Source: Felis catus (Eukaryota). From it: a stretch of 64,000 nt of DNA. Positions 1-13,177 of this stretch are shown one piece after another. The stretch is from the NCBI RefSeq assembly GCF_018350175.1, contig NC_058368.1, positions 231,820,001 to 231,884,000 on the forward strand, read 5' to 3'. Under the pieces are notes generated by a model. It was given only the letters and a program-made list of their open reading frames with translations, was not told the DNA's origin and did no database searches. A program made the translations under genes and the position numbers. The stretch's first letter is position 1, and each line of letters starts with the position of its first letter.

Positions 1-1073
1 CCGTATTCCTCTCCATCCACATGACAAACAGCGCCTGGAGTCCATGTGACATTCACCCAAGCCTCCCCGTGGTCATTTATTCAGGGACTGGGTAAGAGGA
101 GTTTTCAGCCCTCTCTGCAGAAAGCAAACGGCCTTTGAGGACAAAGACATACTCCTAATAAACTAGCTGTCCAAGAAGTGTGAGCACAGTCAGCTACTTC
201 ATCAAGGTGCAATCTTCAGCCTGTGAAGCAATCTTGTCCTTTGTCCCCCGGCACCTTGGTACAATTAATTTATGACCCTTGCTGAGCTCAAGTAGAGAGC
301 AACCACAGAATGACGGGCCATCTAATGCAGCGGGTGACATCCTGTGAGTCCTGATGCACTTCTTGTGTGCTCAGCATGGTCCCTGAGGCCCAGCCCACAT
401 CCCCAAACAGCGCCGGAGGGGGCCTAGGGCTGGTTAATTAGTTCCGTTAACTGGTTATGGTCCCTTTAGCCTTTAGAATCCGACCGCCTTAAGGAAATGC
501 ATTATCTTTCTCAGATAACAAGCTACAAACGGACCTGAATTTTCTGAGCAACTTTACCAGGGAGACTGTCTCATGCTGTCTGAAAGCAGAAGGGAAAAGT
601 GAGGCCCAGCTGTGACCTGACCTCTGGCTAGAGGTGGAGGTGACTGTCCCCAAGTGGAAATTATTATTCACCTTTCTGGGTGCTCGCTGAGCGAAGCCCT
701 CACGCCAGCAGCTCACAGCACTGGCACAGACAAGCCGCGAAAATCCTGATCCGCTGCAAATCACAGGGTGATTTTTATTGTCAACACAACTCATCTTTAA
801 TAGGAGACCATCTAGAAGCAAGCAACCCTTCAGGTGTTTTTTTTTTTAGTACAATAAAAGTGAGCAGCAAATGGGCATATTTTTTGAAATTTGAAAACTT
901 CTCTTATTTCAAAAATAAGTCTTTGAAGGCAAAACATATTTTATCACCAATACTATTTAAATATATGACCTCGGCAAGAGCCTAAGTGTGCGTTTAAGAC
1001 AATGCTCGCGGTGTTAACCATTTAAGTGGGGAAGCGTGCACTGACAGTGAAGCTATGTGAAAATACGAATATC

Positions 1074-1280
1074 GGGGCGCCAGGGTGGCTCAGTCCGACT
1101 TCGGCTCAGGTCATGATCTCGCAGTCCGTGAGTTCGAGCCCCGTGTCGGGCTCTGTGCTGACAGCTCGGAGCCTGGAGCCTGTTTCCGATTCTGTGTCTC
1201 CCTCTCTCTCTGCCCCTCCCCTGTTCATGCTCCATCTCTCCCTGTCTCAAAAATAAATAAATGTTAAAAAAAATTTTTTT
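1074..1280 (+). mobile_element. Can-SINE (felid type), short deletion in tRNA-like head
   Basis: GGGGCGCC..GGTGGCTCAGTC head, GTTCGAGCCC B-box, (CT)n tract, A-rich tail; degenerate TSD AAATACGAATAT (1061) / AAATACAAACAT (1281). Confidence 0.95.
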
Positions 1281-2355
1281 AAATACAAACATTAACCTTA
1301 TTTCTGCATTTGAGCCTTATTAATGTAAAACCATAAGCTTAAAACCTTAGCCTTTAATAACTTCTATGTAAATACTAAGGGAATGTTGCTCCAATTCAAT
1401 GATCAAGCTGCCTGATGTTTACATCGGAGTGATTATTACTAATCATTCGGATGCATCACCTTGTTTTACGTGATTTAGCAAGTGGAATGCAGGATGTCTT
1501 TGCAAGAGTTTGTTCCCCAAATAAGGAGCCCAATTATTCGTTGTAGGTACATCGACGGACTTTGGAAACGTCCACGTGCTGTGTCGTAGTAGCAGTGCGC
1601 TGCAAGAAAAAGAATCTGGATTCTGTAGAAGGCAGTGTTATAAAATGGAAAACTGCCCACCAGGAGGGAAGATTTCTGAACCAGTAAGTTTCGAAGAAGA
1701 GGACAAAGGGTCAGTCACCAGTTCAGGTTGAAGAGTCGGTGGTACAAACACACAACCAGCAGAAAGAAAAGGGGCAGGAGAAACCTTGGAGGGAACCTGG
1801 CATTGAAAGGGACTTGGAATCGAGAGAAAAAGAAGGTCTGGAGTGTCCGAGAAAAGAGGAAACGTGATAGCTAAGTATACAAAATACATTTTGGTCAAAC
1901 ACATCTGATAAGCATTATTTGGGTATACTTTGATTGTTGTTAAAGCTTATATTCTTTTGCCTTGTGCTCTCATCGGGCTGTCCTGCTTTTATAAGAGCAC
2001 CCACTTTAATAAATACATGTTTTATTTTCTTAATAGAGGGAATTGTGAGCTCCTTCAGAGATGAGCCAGGGAAATCAAACTGGCAGTTTGTTCATTCAAT
2101 GATTCAACAAAATTAATTGAGCAATATGTATTTTTATATCTGTGTTTGACTTCTGAGTGATTTTCCTGAATACGCAATCGTTTCTGTATCACCTTGAGTA
2201 ACTGACACGGTATTTTGCTGCTTTATAAAGATTTGTGAAATGTAGCCAATTTTGTAGGGAAAAGTACAAGTTCATATATAACCTCCTCTGACTTGAGAAA
2301 TGACTACCTGTTGGGATAGGCAGCTCAGATCATGGCTATCCAGAGTGCAGACCGT

Positions 2356-2480
2356 GGGCACCTGGTTGGCTCAGTCTGTAAGCCTGCAACTCTTGATCTC
2401 AGGGTTGTGAGTTCGAGACCCATGTTGGGTGTAGAAATGACAAAAAATAGATCAGTAAGCTTAAAAAAGTAAACCCAAAA
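2356..2480 (+). mobile_element. Short older tRNA-derived carnivore SINE (no CT tract)
   Basis: GGGCACCTGGTTGGCTCAGTC..GTGAGTTCGAGACCC head followed directly by A-rich tail; flanking repeat TGCAGACC at 2346 and 2481. Confidence 0.8.
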
Positions 2481-2519
2481 TGCAGACCACATTTTTATTG
2501 CTGCAAAACTCACCTGCCT

Positions 2520-2690
2520 GGGTTTCAAGCCAGGCATTGTTATCTGTTAGTTGTGTGACTTCAGGAAACTCATTTAACCTTTCTGAACCTCAGTTTCTTC
2601 ACCTACAAACAGGGGGTAATTATAGATGTGTACAATATGGTAAAGATGAGACATTGGGACAGTTGAGAATGACATGTTCTACCTGGTAGG
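2520..2690 (+). mobile_element. MIR fragment
   Basis: MIR core TGTGTGACTTCAGGAAACTCATTTAACCTTTCTGAACCTCAGTTTCTTCACCT. Confidence 0.75.
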
Positions 2691-3187
2691 TGTGTTTGGG
2701 TGCAAAGCCTGATGTTTGGCACTCCCAGAAGGACAGAGGAGGTGAAGATTTCCTTGCCTTGAGGCAGCTCATGATCTAGTGTGGCAACAAGAACAGGTAC
2801 AAAATGAAAAGCAAAGGTGCCTCTGAGTGTGCATTATGGCTGCAAAGTTGCAGGGAAAGTGTGAGAGGTGTTTTAGCGACAGCTTTCTGGAGAACAGAGC
2901 ATTCTAGGCTGGGTTTTAAAGTAACAGATTTAAATTCACAATGTGAGTTGAATACATCTACAATCCTAGAATCCAAGATTCTCCAAAACCCACTCTGTTC
3001 GTAACTCATGTGGCTAACAACAACAACACCAAAATGACCTAATGAACTTTTTAGCGAACACTTGACATGAACTGATGTAAGGCTACTTACAATCTCTATT
3101 ATCCCACATTGTGACTATTTCTAGATTTTTCTTCAGAAATATTAATGTGTTTGGTCACGGGGTGCTGCCCTAGACCCCGTGGCATAG

Positions 3188-3692
3188 ACCAGTTAGTTCT
3201 TGCTATGCAATGAGAGCCCCCTAAACTGATGGCAACAACCACCATTCACGATCTCTCTCTCACCATGAGACAAAGGGTTGATGGATTCACGTGGGTGGTT
3301 CTTTTGCCCTGCCTGGTGCACCTGGTGAGTTGTGGCCATCTGGAGGCTCCCCTGGGCTGGGACTTCTGAGATGGCTCACTCACATGGCTGGCAGCCAAGC
3401 CTGAGCTGGGCCTCTCACGGAGATGAATCAGGTCTCCACCACAACCTTCTCCATGTGACTCCTTCGGGCTCCTTCAACATGATAGTGGGATTTTGAGAGG
3501 CTGAACTCCAGAAGATTGAAGGAAAGCTGAAGCTTTCCTAGGGAACAGGCTCAGAGTCTACAGCGCCACTCACAATGTCTTCTAGTGGCCCAAACCAGTC
3601 GCATACCAGCCCAGATTGGAGGACGAGGGAAACCGGCTCTATCTCTCAATGGGAGAAGTGGCAAAGGGTCTTGGCCGTTGTTAACCCATCAC
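3188..3692 (-). mobile_element. MLT1-family MaLR solo LTR (ancient)
   Basis: Typical MLT1 motifs GGGTGGTTCTT, GAGATGGCTCACTCACATGGCTGGCAG, CCAGCCCAGATT; boundaries approximate. Confidence 0.6.
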
Positions 3693-3973
3693 AGGATATT
3701 ACATATTCCACGGAATAGGTACCATCTTCCCTTTGTAACATAAGCTGTATCTCCAGCCCCAGAAGTTTTGAGTAAGAGTTAGAGGATCCGTATGTCACCC
3801 CACTGGGTGCTTTTAGTCCCATGTGCACGTGGAAATACACCAGCACCATGGCCGGTACCTTCAACTGTTTCTCCTGAAAGAATGATGAACGCGTGAATGT
3901 TTCCTTTGACACTTGTTTATGTTAATATCCAAATGTCTTAATATAAATTTAAGTAATTACAAGGCTATAGTTT

Positions 3974-4193
3974 TTTTTAATGTTTTTTAAATGTTTTTAT
4001 TTATTTTTGAGACAGAGAGAGACAGAGCATGAATGGGGGAGGGGCAGAGAGAGAGGGAGACACAGAATCTGAAGCAGCTCCAGGCTCCGAGCTGTCAGCA
4101 CAGAGCCTGACGCAGGGCTCAAACCCACGAACTGCGAGATCGTGACCTGAGCCGAAGCCAGATGCTCAACCGACTGAGCCACCCAGGTGCCCC
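3974..4193 (-). mobile_element. Can-SINE (felid type)
   Basis: poly-T, (GA)n, reverse head ending CCACCCAGGTGCCCC; TSD CAAGGCTATAGTTT at 3960 and 4196. Confidence 0.95.
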
Positions 4194-5989
4194 ATCAAGG
4201 CTATAGTTTCAAATGTCCTGTAAATATTGGAAACTAAAAGCAAAACCTTAATATTTTCTCTTTCTCCAGTGCAATCCAAATTCCAAGATGATTTAATATC
4301 CACCATCAGCTATTTTTAAACGACATGAACAAACTCTTCTCTTACAGAAGTTTCATATCATTTCTTTTGCTCATTAAATTTGCATTTCCATTATACTTCT
4401 CTACAATATAAATATGGGCATGTATTTAAACTTAATTTTCTAAAATATCATGTGATATTTTAAATACCCTACTCTACAGTTTGAATAATTACTTCTGGAT
4501 TTAGTTATCATTACAATAATTACCATTGCATAAAGGAACAAAAATGAAAATGTCTCACAAATTTTGATGATTATAAGAAAGAACATAACATTTTATGGAA
4601 AAATGGATCTTTAGTGAGATGGGTAATTTTTTCTTCTTTTTCTTTTTCTTTTTCATCCATTTTTTCTTTTTGTTTATATGTCTCTGGAGGAAAAAAATCA
4701 TTTATGGCTCAAAAAAAAAAAAAGATTCAGTCTCAATTCTGTTCCTATTTTTCTGTTTTATAAGTCCAAATGCTTAGAGAATTCATCCACACAAATAGAC
4801 GGAAATGGAAGAAAACTGTTGTAACGATGTCACTCCATTCTTTGAATTCTTCAAAGCTACCCTCCAGAAATCATACTATAATCTATCATCAAAAATTACT
4901 TTTAATGTTTTATCAGCTGACAACTTAATTAAGTTCTTCTGCAATTTGGCTGAAAACAACAACAACAAAAAAGGTGGAAATCAATTTGACTTATTACCAA
5001 GTCATTAGTATGGACGTCTTACTCCATTTCTCAAAGTGTCCCTCTCTGAGACAGGCACCATGGGAAGATCAAGGAATGATGACAGGAGGCCTTTGTTCAG
5101 TAACGTGGCTTTTCCTTCCCTCAATGGCTGAAGAACCAGGTCTTTTGGGCGAGTGGAAGTCACAAGGAGTTGGGAGGAGGGGGGTAAGGAGCGTGCTCTC
5201 TGAGCCTATGAGTCTCTGCCCCACACCAGGAAAATCAGCTTAATGTTTACACTTTATTAAGTAGAGCACTTCCAGGAGAATAGCTCCCTGGTTGACCAAC
5301 AAGCCCAGGGTGTTTGGAGGAAAAGGAAAACCAGGTCGGTATGTTGGAGGGAGGGATACAGAATCAGTTAATGCAGTTTAGTTCCTTTTGGAAAATTCTT
5401 AACAAATTTACATCGAAAGTTGCAGGTAACTGAATTAAATATTTTACACTAGCAGAAATACAAAATGAGTCTTCATGCCTGGCGTCTAGTAGTAGAACGA
5501 TAAATGTTTCTGAGTGAATGGGATCGTTGGAAATTATCTAGATTCTTTCTGGGGGAATAAGTTTCTGAAGTCATCAGATTTAATATTTTTATGGTATCTG
5601 AAAGAAGGAGTTTGTGATTTTCCTGTTACCTTCAACCCCAAATCATGAGTGTAGCCCGAAACTTTCCAAGTGGGCCCAGTGATAGTAGATGAATTTTAAT
5701 TAGCAAGTGTTATACAACAATGCTTCTGTATACAACAATACAAAATACAAATTTTGTGTATAGGAAGATGGAGTCAGATTATTAATAATTCAATGCTGCA
5801 GGCAGAAGTTGCCCCTTGAATTTTGAAACAGAATAGACATAACATTGACATAAAAAGACCAATGTTCTTAAATATACGAGAAAGAAACTTTAAAAACATA
5901 TTCTCCCACAAGGTGACTGTGGAAGCAAAAACTAGCTATGAACCCCAAATGGTGCTCCTTCTTCCACAATTTAATTTGGAGATTTTTTT

Positions 5990-6377
5990 TGTAGGTGGTT
6001 GCCCAACTTAGAATGTTTTCCAGATCAACTTCATACCCAGGTCTGGCCATGAACCAGTTCTCCCGATTGAGATATGAAGGGAAGTGATGTGTGTCACTTC
6101 TTAGCTGGGTACTTAGAGGCACATGAGCCCTCTGAACTGTCTTCTTGCCCTTTTGCTGGTTGGAAACAATACTTTGAACTATCAGAGCTCCCAGGGTTCG
6201 TGGCCCCACGAGATGGAAAGTATTAAGGTCTTTGAATCACAAGCTAGAAAAAAACTACCTACTGACCAGGAATTTTTCATCAGATTATTACATGAACAAG
6301 AAAGAAATCCCATCATATTAAACGACCAAAATGTTGGGTTTCTTTGTTACAGCAGCTAGCAGCGCCCTAATAAAACA
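5990..6377 (+). mobile_element. MLT1-family MaLR solo LTR (ancient)
   Basis: TG start, GGAAGTGATGTGTGTCACTTC motif, 3' end TTTGTTACAGCAGC..CCTAATAAAACA. Confidence 0.6.
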
Positions 6378-7654
6378 GACAAATAGATTGATAATATACA
6401 TACACAGATCAAAACCCACTTCAGGAAATACATGGTGGGTTTCTGTTTTATACTTAAGAGAATATACAATGTCTATATTCAAGGGACCGTAAGGTATCTG
6501 TGTGCTGACATTTTTCCTATCGACTTTAGGGGATTCAAACATGCCTGTTTACTATCAGGACTCCGTTCGTATATGTTGACTTTCCAAACACCTGCAATTA
6601 AAAATGTTGAAACTTGCAAAAGGAAACTATGGCTTTTATCGCATCTTGAATAATAATTTGGAAAATGTTGTCATTCCAGCATGTCTCCAAAAAAAGTCCA
6701 GACGGCAGCATGTGGCGTTACTGAAGTGATTAAGAGTTAGCAGCAAGGTCAGAATGATGGTGTTGAATGAGGCGAGGAACAGTTGTTCTCGCTGTGGCCT
6801 CTGTTAATTGCACGGGGGCGGTGTTGCCTCGGGCAGACACATCAGCCTCCGAGACTGGCAGTGGGGGAGCCTGACTGGCCGGAGCCACCACCAATCCGTC
6901 CTCATCCAGCCTTCCTTCCCAAAGGCCAAGGTTATTGATGCTGTTACAGGCGCATTGAGAGCCTTTATCAAACTTCTGTTGAGAGCCCACTGATCACATG
7001 AAGTCAGCAACCTTCCCCGCAATTTATACAAATGACTTTGAATATGTTAGTTTTAACGCTGATTTTTTTTAAAAAAAGAGGAGCTTGTTGAAGTGTTCAT
7101 ACTTGTATTTGGGGAAAAAAAGAATAGAAAAAAGAACACCAATCTTTCCTTTCTAAAACTACCTTGTACTAAACAGGAAAGAAATCAAATAGCATTTGAA
7201 TCAGGTTTGGTTGGACAGCCCACTCCCAGGGTGCAGATGTTCAGTTAACAACCCTTCTGAAGTTTGCTTCACCTTCGAAGAAGTCAGTGTTGATTACTCT
7301 CTGAGAAAATCACATGCAACATACATGAGAGTTAGGCAGAGTGAAAGCAAGTTCTAATTACTCACATACTCCTAAATTCGAAACCATTAAGAATTCTCCT
7401 AACATGATGATTACAGTCAAACAATCTTAAGGAGGGGCAAGACAACATCATCAACTCAGCCCAAATTTCAGTCTGTAATCCAAATGTTTTGTTTACATGC
7501 TGCCGAACTTTCATCTTTCAGATTTTTTAAAAACTTGAATTGATGTAAAGCTTTGACCGTATTGACCCGATGCTTCACAGGCTGTTCTCTCCTTATGTGA
7601 ATAATCAGCTATGCAAAGAGTTGGATAATTACAGAATCTATCCATCAATTTTCA

Positions 7655-8790
7655 CTATAGATGGTTGCGGAAACGACCCCCAAATCTCTGGTTTATCTCT
7701 CGCTCACGTTCGATGCCATTGCTGGGTCAGCTTCGTGTATCTTCATTCTAGGACCAAAGCTGGAGGAGTAGCCTCCCTTGGGACATGCCATGGTCATGGC
7801 CAAAGGAAATAACAAGGGAGGTGAGGCAGACATCCAATGGCTCTTAAAGCTTCTGCTAAGATGTAGCCTACATCCTACAGCTCACACAGGCAGCTGGCAG
7901 AGGACTCCCACAGTACAAAGGAGCCAATAGCTGGCAACAAAAATACCAGCTATCAGTGCACTCTCTTGGTCACATATATTCATTTACCCGCCTCTGCACA
8001 AAATACGCATCATCCTCTTGCAGAGGAAATTACCCCCCAAGTCCCGTTCACTCTGACTCCAGGATTTCATGTAGTCTCTCCATCAGATCTGTATCCGACT
8101 CTCCTTGATCTGGTTACCTATGAACTACAACAACAACAACAACAACAAACAGTGAGTTATCCTGGAGGAAAGATGCTACAGGAACTATTCGCATTTCTAA
8201 AGGTGAAGTCCTGTTCAGGACCGCTGGGCAAAATTTGCCCTCTTCCCACCCTGAGGTGGGCCACTGCATTTCTTTAATACTTTACAAGAGTTGTGAATAT
8301 TTACACAGTGTTGGAACTTTATTTCTCTCTCCAGTGCTGTCGAAATGCAGACGGGTTCTTAGCAAGTGCTACAGTTATCTTTTAGAACTCCTTAGTCTGA
8401 CCTTGGAATGTTTCCCCAGTTGTGGCTGGGTATGGTCTGCCGAAGATTCTCTCCTCCTGCTAATGTTATGATGATACAGAAGACTGACATATTCTGCATG
8501 GCACAATTGTCCAATTATGTAATCTTGAATGTCTAAGGGGAAATTTTGCGATCATTTCCAGGCAATGATGAATGATTTTTGCTTTTTGTCTTAATATGTT
8601 TCAGGCTCAGAAGTAGAAATAACTCCCTGGAGTCCCTCTCTTTCCATTTCGTATCCAGACTGAGGAACAGCCATGTCCCTAAACCATGGAGAAGGCTGAC
8701 AGGCACCAACGGAATCCAGAGCAGGGGGTGAAAGACTGAGGCTTTTATCCCAGTTGAGGCAATTCCAGGTTCCAGAATCAGGACTGTCAA
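7655..8790 (-). mobile_element. MLT1-family LTR plus degenerate internal region
   Basis: LTR motifs CCCCAAATCTCTGGTTT, GCTGGAGGAGTAGCC, GCTCTTAAAGCTTCTGCT, followed by MaLR-internal-like sequence; boundaries approximate. Confidence 0.45.
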
Positions 8791-9228
8791 ACACAGAGAC
8801 CGACTCTTAACTTGGAGTGCTGGACAGTGTAGATTAACTTATATTATTTTCTCTTTTCCCTTTTCCAATTATTCACTCTTTTATCTTCCCCCGGCAGGCA
8901 GCTATGAGAAGACCCCTAAGTCAGACATAATCTTGGCTTAGAATTCAAACCATAAAGAAACACAAAGAGTTCCCCGTTCCATGAAAGCTGTAGGTAGAAC
9001 TCAACTCTGGTGGATCATAAGGTCAGAGATAACCACAGAACGTGGGTATCGGGGAAGGAGCTCTTCATCTGGCTTTCCCCCTGTTTCTGACGCTTAATAA
9101 ACACAGAAGATGCATTGACGCAAGGCTGATTTTATCCATAAACTTGAAGTGAGTTGCAAAGTCCATGCCTCCTAATTAGGCTCAGATGACTCAGCGGAAA
9201 TGAAAAGACCTGTTTCGAGCTTCTCTGT

Positions 9229-9693
9229 TGTAGGCAGGGCACCGGGGTGCGAGGGCACCCGACTCCGGGGCTCGCAAACAGACCCGCTTCGGCCACTTGT
9301 TGCTGATGAAATCCAAGGGCAGAGACACGGGAGGTGGTGGAACATGAAAGGAATTTATTTCCGAGAGGCTGACACCAACACCGGGAAGACAGGGACTAGG
9401 GTCTCAAAGACCGTCTCCCAAGTGCTAAAGACACTTGCAGGTTTGTATAAGGAACATGTGGGGCGAAGGTGGGTGGGTACCTGCAGGCGGGCAGTGAAGG
9501 TCAAACCCTTCATTGTGTTGGAGTCCATCACTGGCAGGGCCTTGCTGCCTCCTTGCTGGCTCCAGTGGTTTCGGTTCCCAGCAGGGGATGCCTTGCCCTC
9601 AGGGTCTTGTGCCTGAGCCTGGAGACCAGCTGGAAAGGAGAGCCCAACTAGGAAGTTCAAGGTCCAAGTGGAGGCAGCTGAAGTCCTCTTTCA
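9229..9693 (-). mobile_element. Solo LTR, ERV1/gammaretrovirus-like
   Basis: TG...CA termini (minus strand starts TGAAAGAGG), exact 4-bp TSD CTGT at 9225-9228 and 9694-9697, minus-strand AATAAA at 9354-9359 and TATA-like TATACAAA near 9442-9449. Confidence 0.7.
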
Positions 9694-10280
9694 CTGTGTC
9701 CTCCTTTCTGGTCCCGGGCATTTCCCCCTTAAACGGCCATCTTCTTTCCCACCACCACCTGCCCCCAGCCCTCATCACTTTGCAAGCATCCTGGTCCCTC
9801 CGGACAGCCCATGAACCTCAGCGTCCCTGGAGAAGCAGACCTTCCTAGAGACCACCCTCCCCCCGCCCTCGAGCCGTCAGAGTGAGAACTCCCTGAGCAT
9901 CCAGAGCTCACACTCGGCCCTGGAGTCTGATTGACCTCCTCGGTGAAACCGACCTTACGATGCAGCCTTTTCTTCAGCTCAGCCACCCCCTAACGTGTGC
10001 TGTTTTTCCACTGTCGACTGTCAAGGCGACGTTTTCACCAGTGCTTGCTCTGTGAATCTTTCTACCGTCTGGGGCCAAAAGCAGTAAAATGCTGACATAA
10101 CCTTAGTGTTAAATACTGTTCAGCCCTTGCAATGTTTGCATTTTAAAGGGGACCGCAGAGAGAGCCGCGTTCCCCGTGTGGATTTAAGGCTCACGCTAAG
10201 AGGAGATGAGATATTCTGCAGTTGGGGATTTTTTTTCCAGGGAGCCCTCATATCAAGACTGATCTGTTACATTCTGCTTT

Positions 10281-10560
10281 ATCCATCCATCCACAACCAA
10301 AAATTACTGAGCACTGAATAGGAGCTAGGCACTGTTTTTAGGACAAAACACATAAACACACGTGTCCTTAGGGAGCTTACTTTCTAGTGAAAGCATTATT
10401 TTACTAATAAAAGTAAAACATATAGTTTGTTATAAGGAGATAGGTGTCCTGGGAGGGGGGGCGGGGGGCCAGGTGGAGCACAGTTGGCTGACTTGATGTG
10501 TGGGGAGAGGGGGTGAAGATTTTAAAAGGGAACCATCGGGCTTGAAGGAGGCGAGAGACT
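10281..10560 (-). mobile_element. L2 3' end fragment
   Basis: ATCCATCCATCC..TACTGAGCAC..CTAGGCACTG reverse L2 tail motif. Confidence 0.55.
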
Positions 10561-10789
10561 AGAATGAAAAATCTGACTCCATATTTGATGTTTGCTGGTA
10601 TTTGCTGGAAGCTTCCAAGCCTTACCTCCTCAGTTTCTTCCCCTTCTGCCCCACGTGTGGGCGGGACTGTGGTGCCAGGGGCAGGTGCACCACACGAGCC
10701 CCGAGCCCCCCTGGAATGGGCTGTGCCACCCCCATTCACACAGTCGCACACTCAGACTGTCTCCGCACTTGCCATAATGCCCTGCTCTC

Positions 10790-10872
10790 GACATCTGGGA
10801 ATTTTGAATCATTTTTGAACATGGGGCCCCACAGTTTCATTTGCAATGGGTCCTGCCATTCATCTAGCTTGC
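10790..10872. mobile_element. MER45-like hAT-Tip100 MITE end
   Basis: TTTTTGAACATGGGGCCCCACAGTTTCATTTGCAATGGGTCC resembles the recalled MER45 terminus. Confidence 0.45.
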
Positions 10873-11734
10873 CCTTCCTCCCCGAGTCTAGCATCAAACA
10901 CAAACCTGGCCTTGCAGGTTGTTAACAAAGGCAGCACTTTTTAACTTCCGAGATCATTGTAATGACAACTTTTGAGATTCATTCTGGGAAAACTGTAGGG
11001 TCACATGTGTTGTAGGAAAAATCTTCAGACAGATTCCCAGGATAGGCTTTCTTTTGTTTCTTCTAACGGTAACATTTTGCATCAAAAATTATCTTTTTTT
11101 TTTCAAGATGTGAGGAAAGAGCAAATTTTCCTTAACAGCTTGTTAATTGCATTTATATTTTAAATATTTACTCAAGGGGGCCTGTGGGTTCTGTTTGTTC
11201 TCTCTGCAAATGTTAGGATTCCAGCCATGACCGGGACCCTTTGCCCGAAAACTTTAAAAAATATTCTACACCCTTCCATTTCTCCTCTCTCCTCCTCTCA
11301 GACACTTGCCCCTCTGCTGTGAAGCTGCAGCCATCTACACAAAAGGGCAAACCCAGCAGGCGACTGTCATTTAGCTGACCTCTTGGCAGTTATCAGTGGA
11401 CCTGATTTCTGTCTCTCCCTGGACCTGCTTCCTTCTCCAGGCTTCCAGGACACTGAGAAATCCCAATTTTCCTCCTATCTCATTGGGCACTCCTGCATCC
11501 GGTTTTGACTTCTCCCCACGCCTCCTCCCCACCGCTCCACCGCCCCACCCCCCACCTTTCTGAGCCCCAGGGATCACTCTGCACTGGCTCTTCCCCACCC
11601 AGTTCTCATCCCTTCCAAGCATCTTGGAACTGAAGCCTCCCCAACTCCCCTTGTGAATTTCAGACTTGTACATCCCAGCCGTCTGCCAGAGGAATACATT
11701 GTATCATCACTTTGTTCCCAGAGAATTTCATTCC

Positions 11735-11919
11735 TTTTTTTTTTTAATGTTTATTTATTTTTGAGAGAGAGAGAGAGAGAGAGAGAGACAGAATCCAAAA
11801 CAGGCTCTAGATTCTGAGCTCTCAGCACAGAGCCCAACATGAGGCTAGAACTCTGAACAGTGAGGTCATGACCTGAGCCCAAGTTGGACACCCAACTGAC
11901 TGAGCCACCCAGGCGTCCT
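11735..11919 (-). mobile_element. Can-SINE
   Basis: Reverse SINE; TSD GAGAATTTCATT at 11721 and 11920. Confidence 0.93.
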
Positions 11920-12944
11920 GAGAATTTCATTTCATAAACCAAGATTAAAGGTGGCATGACATTATTAAAAGGATGGAGATCACATTGAGCAGTAATTTCT
12001 TGACCCATTTTGCTGATCGTTGCCCAACAACTGGTAACATTTTCTGTTTTTATGTTGTTTACAGTCATCTGTAGCTTTGAACATTTGATTTAAAATTTAT
12101 TTTGAAATGCCTTGCAAATCGAATCAGTTCATAAAATATTGCAAAAGCTGTCTTTTTCTTCTCTTTCGGCTTATTCTTCTAAATTAAAGGCCAGACCAAG
12201 CGGTTCCTTTTTACATATATGAAGCCTATTTCAACGTCAGTACTCCAACTGGATCTTCTAAATTGATGGTTTAGATTAGTGGGAAACTATCACTGAGTGT
12301 AATTCAACTAATCTGTGTTCATGTGAAAGCCTTGCTCAAATCCCATGTAGCTCTGTCTGCCCAGCACCACTGCCTACATGGGGCAACCAGTTACCTAGAA
12401 TTTCTAATCAGTCAGGAAAACGATTTTTCCACGAAATGGGGAACAGATATAATTGAGGTGGGTAGACCAGTTGAAAGTGCTTTCTGTGGAAGTGAAAAAT
12501 TGTTAAATGTCGGCACTCTCATCTGGTTTAATCTCGTATATATAGGAAACGCCGCATGATGAAATTGCTAACCAGCAGAACAACTCCGAACAAAGGCAAA
12601 GAAAAGCAAAATAAACAAAACAAGGATGAGACATAAGACAATGCAGGCAACACCCCAACCATGAGTGGGGGCTCCTTCAAAGCCAGAGCCAGCATGGTTT
12701 CCAAGGACGCTCCGCTCCCTCCCCTCGAGCACCTCTCCAGACGTGTGCTTCAGGGAAAATGGGAGTCAAAACTCTAGAGAAACCCAACCGATAAAGACCA
12801 CATAATCATAACAAGAGGACTTACTGCCCTTTTAGGTGAACATAAAGATAACCTGTGTTCATTATGAAAGTTTTAGAAAATAGAGGAATTCACACAGGAG
12901 AAAGTGATAATCACTCACCTGTGCACATATCGACAATTAGTTTT

Positions 12945-13177
12945 TTTTTTGTTTTTTTTTTTTTTAATTTTTTTCAACGTTTATTTATTTTTGGGACAGA
13001 GAGAGACAGAGCATGAACGGGCGAGGGGCAGAGAGAGAGGGAGACACAGAATCGGAAACAGACTCCAGGCTCTGAGCCATCAGCCCAGAGCCTGACGCGG
13101 GGCTCGAACTCACGGACCGCGAGATCGTGACCTGGCTGAAGTCGGACGCTTAACCGACTGCGCCACCCAGGTGCCCC
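12945..13177 (-). mobile_element. Young Felis-type Can-SINE
   Basis: Intact CpGs, diagnostic CTGAGCCATCAGCCCAGAG and CTGCGCCACCCAGG; perfect TSD GACAATTAGTTTT at 12932 and 13178. Confidence 0.97.

Noticed and set aside
2356..2440. tRNA gene
   Set aside because: tRNA-like A/B boxes belong to a SINE with A-rich tail and flanking repeat; the acceptor stem does not close.
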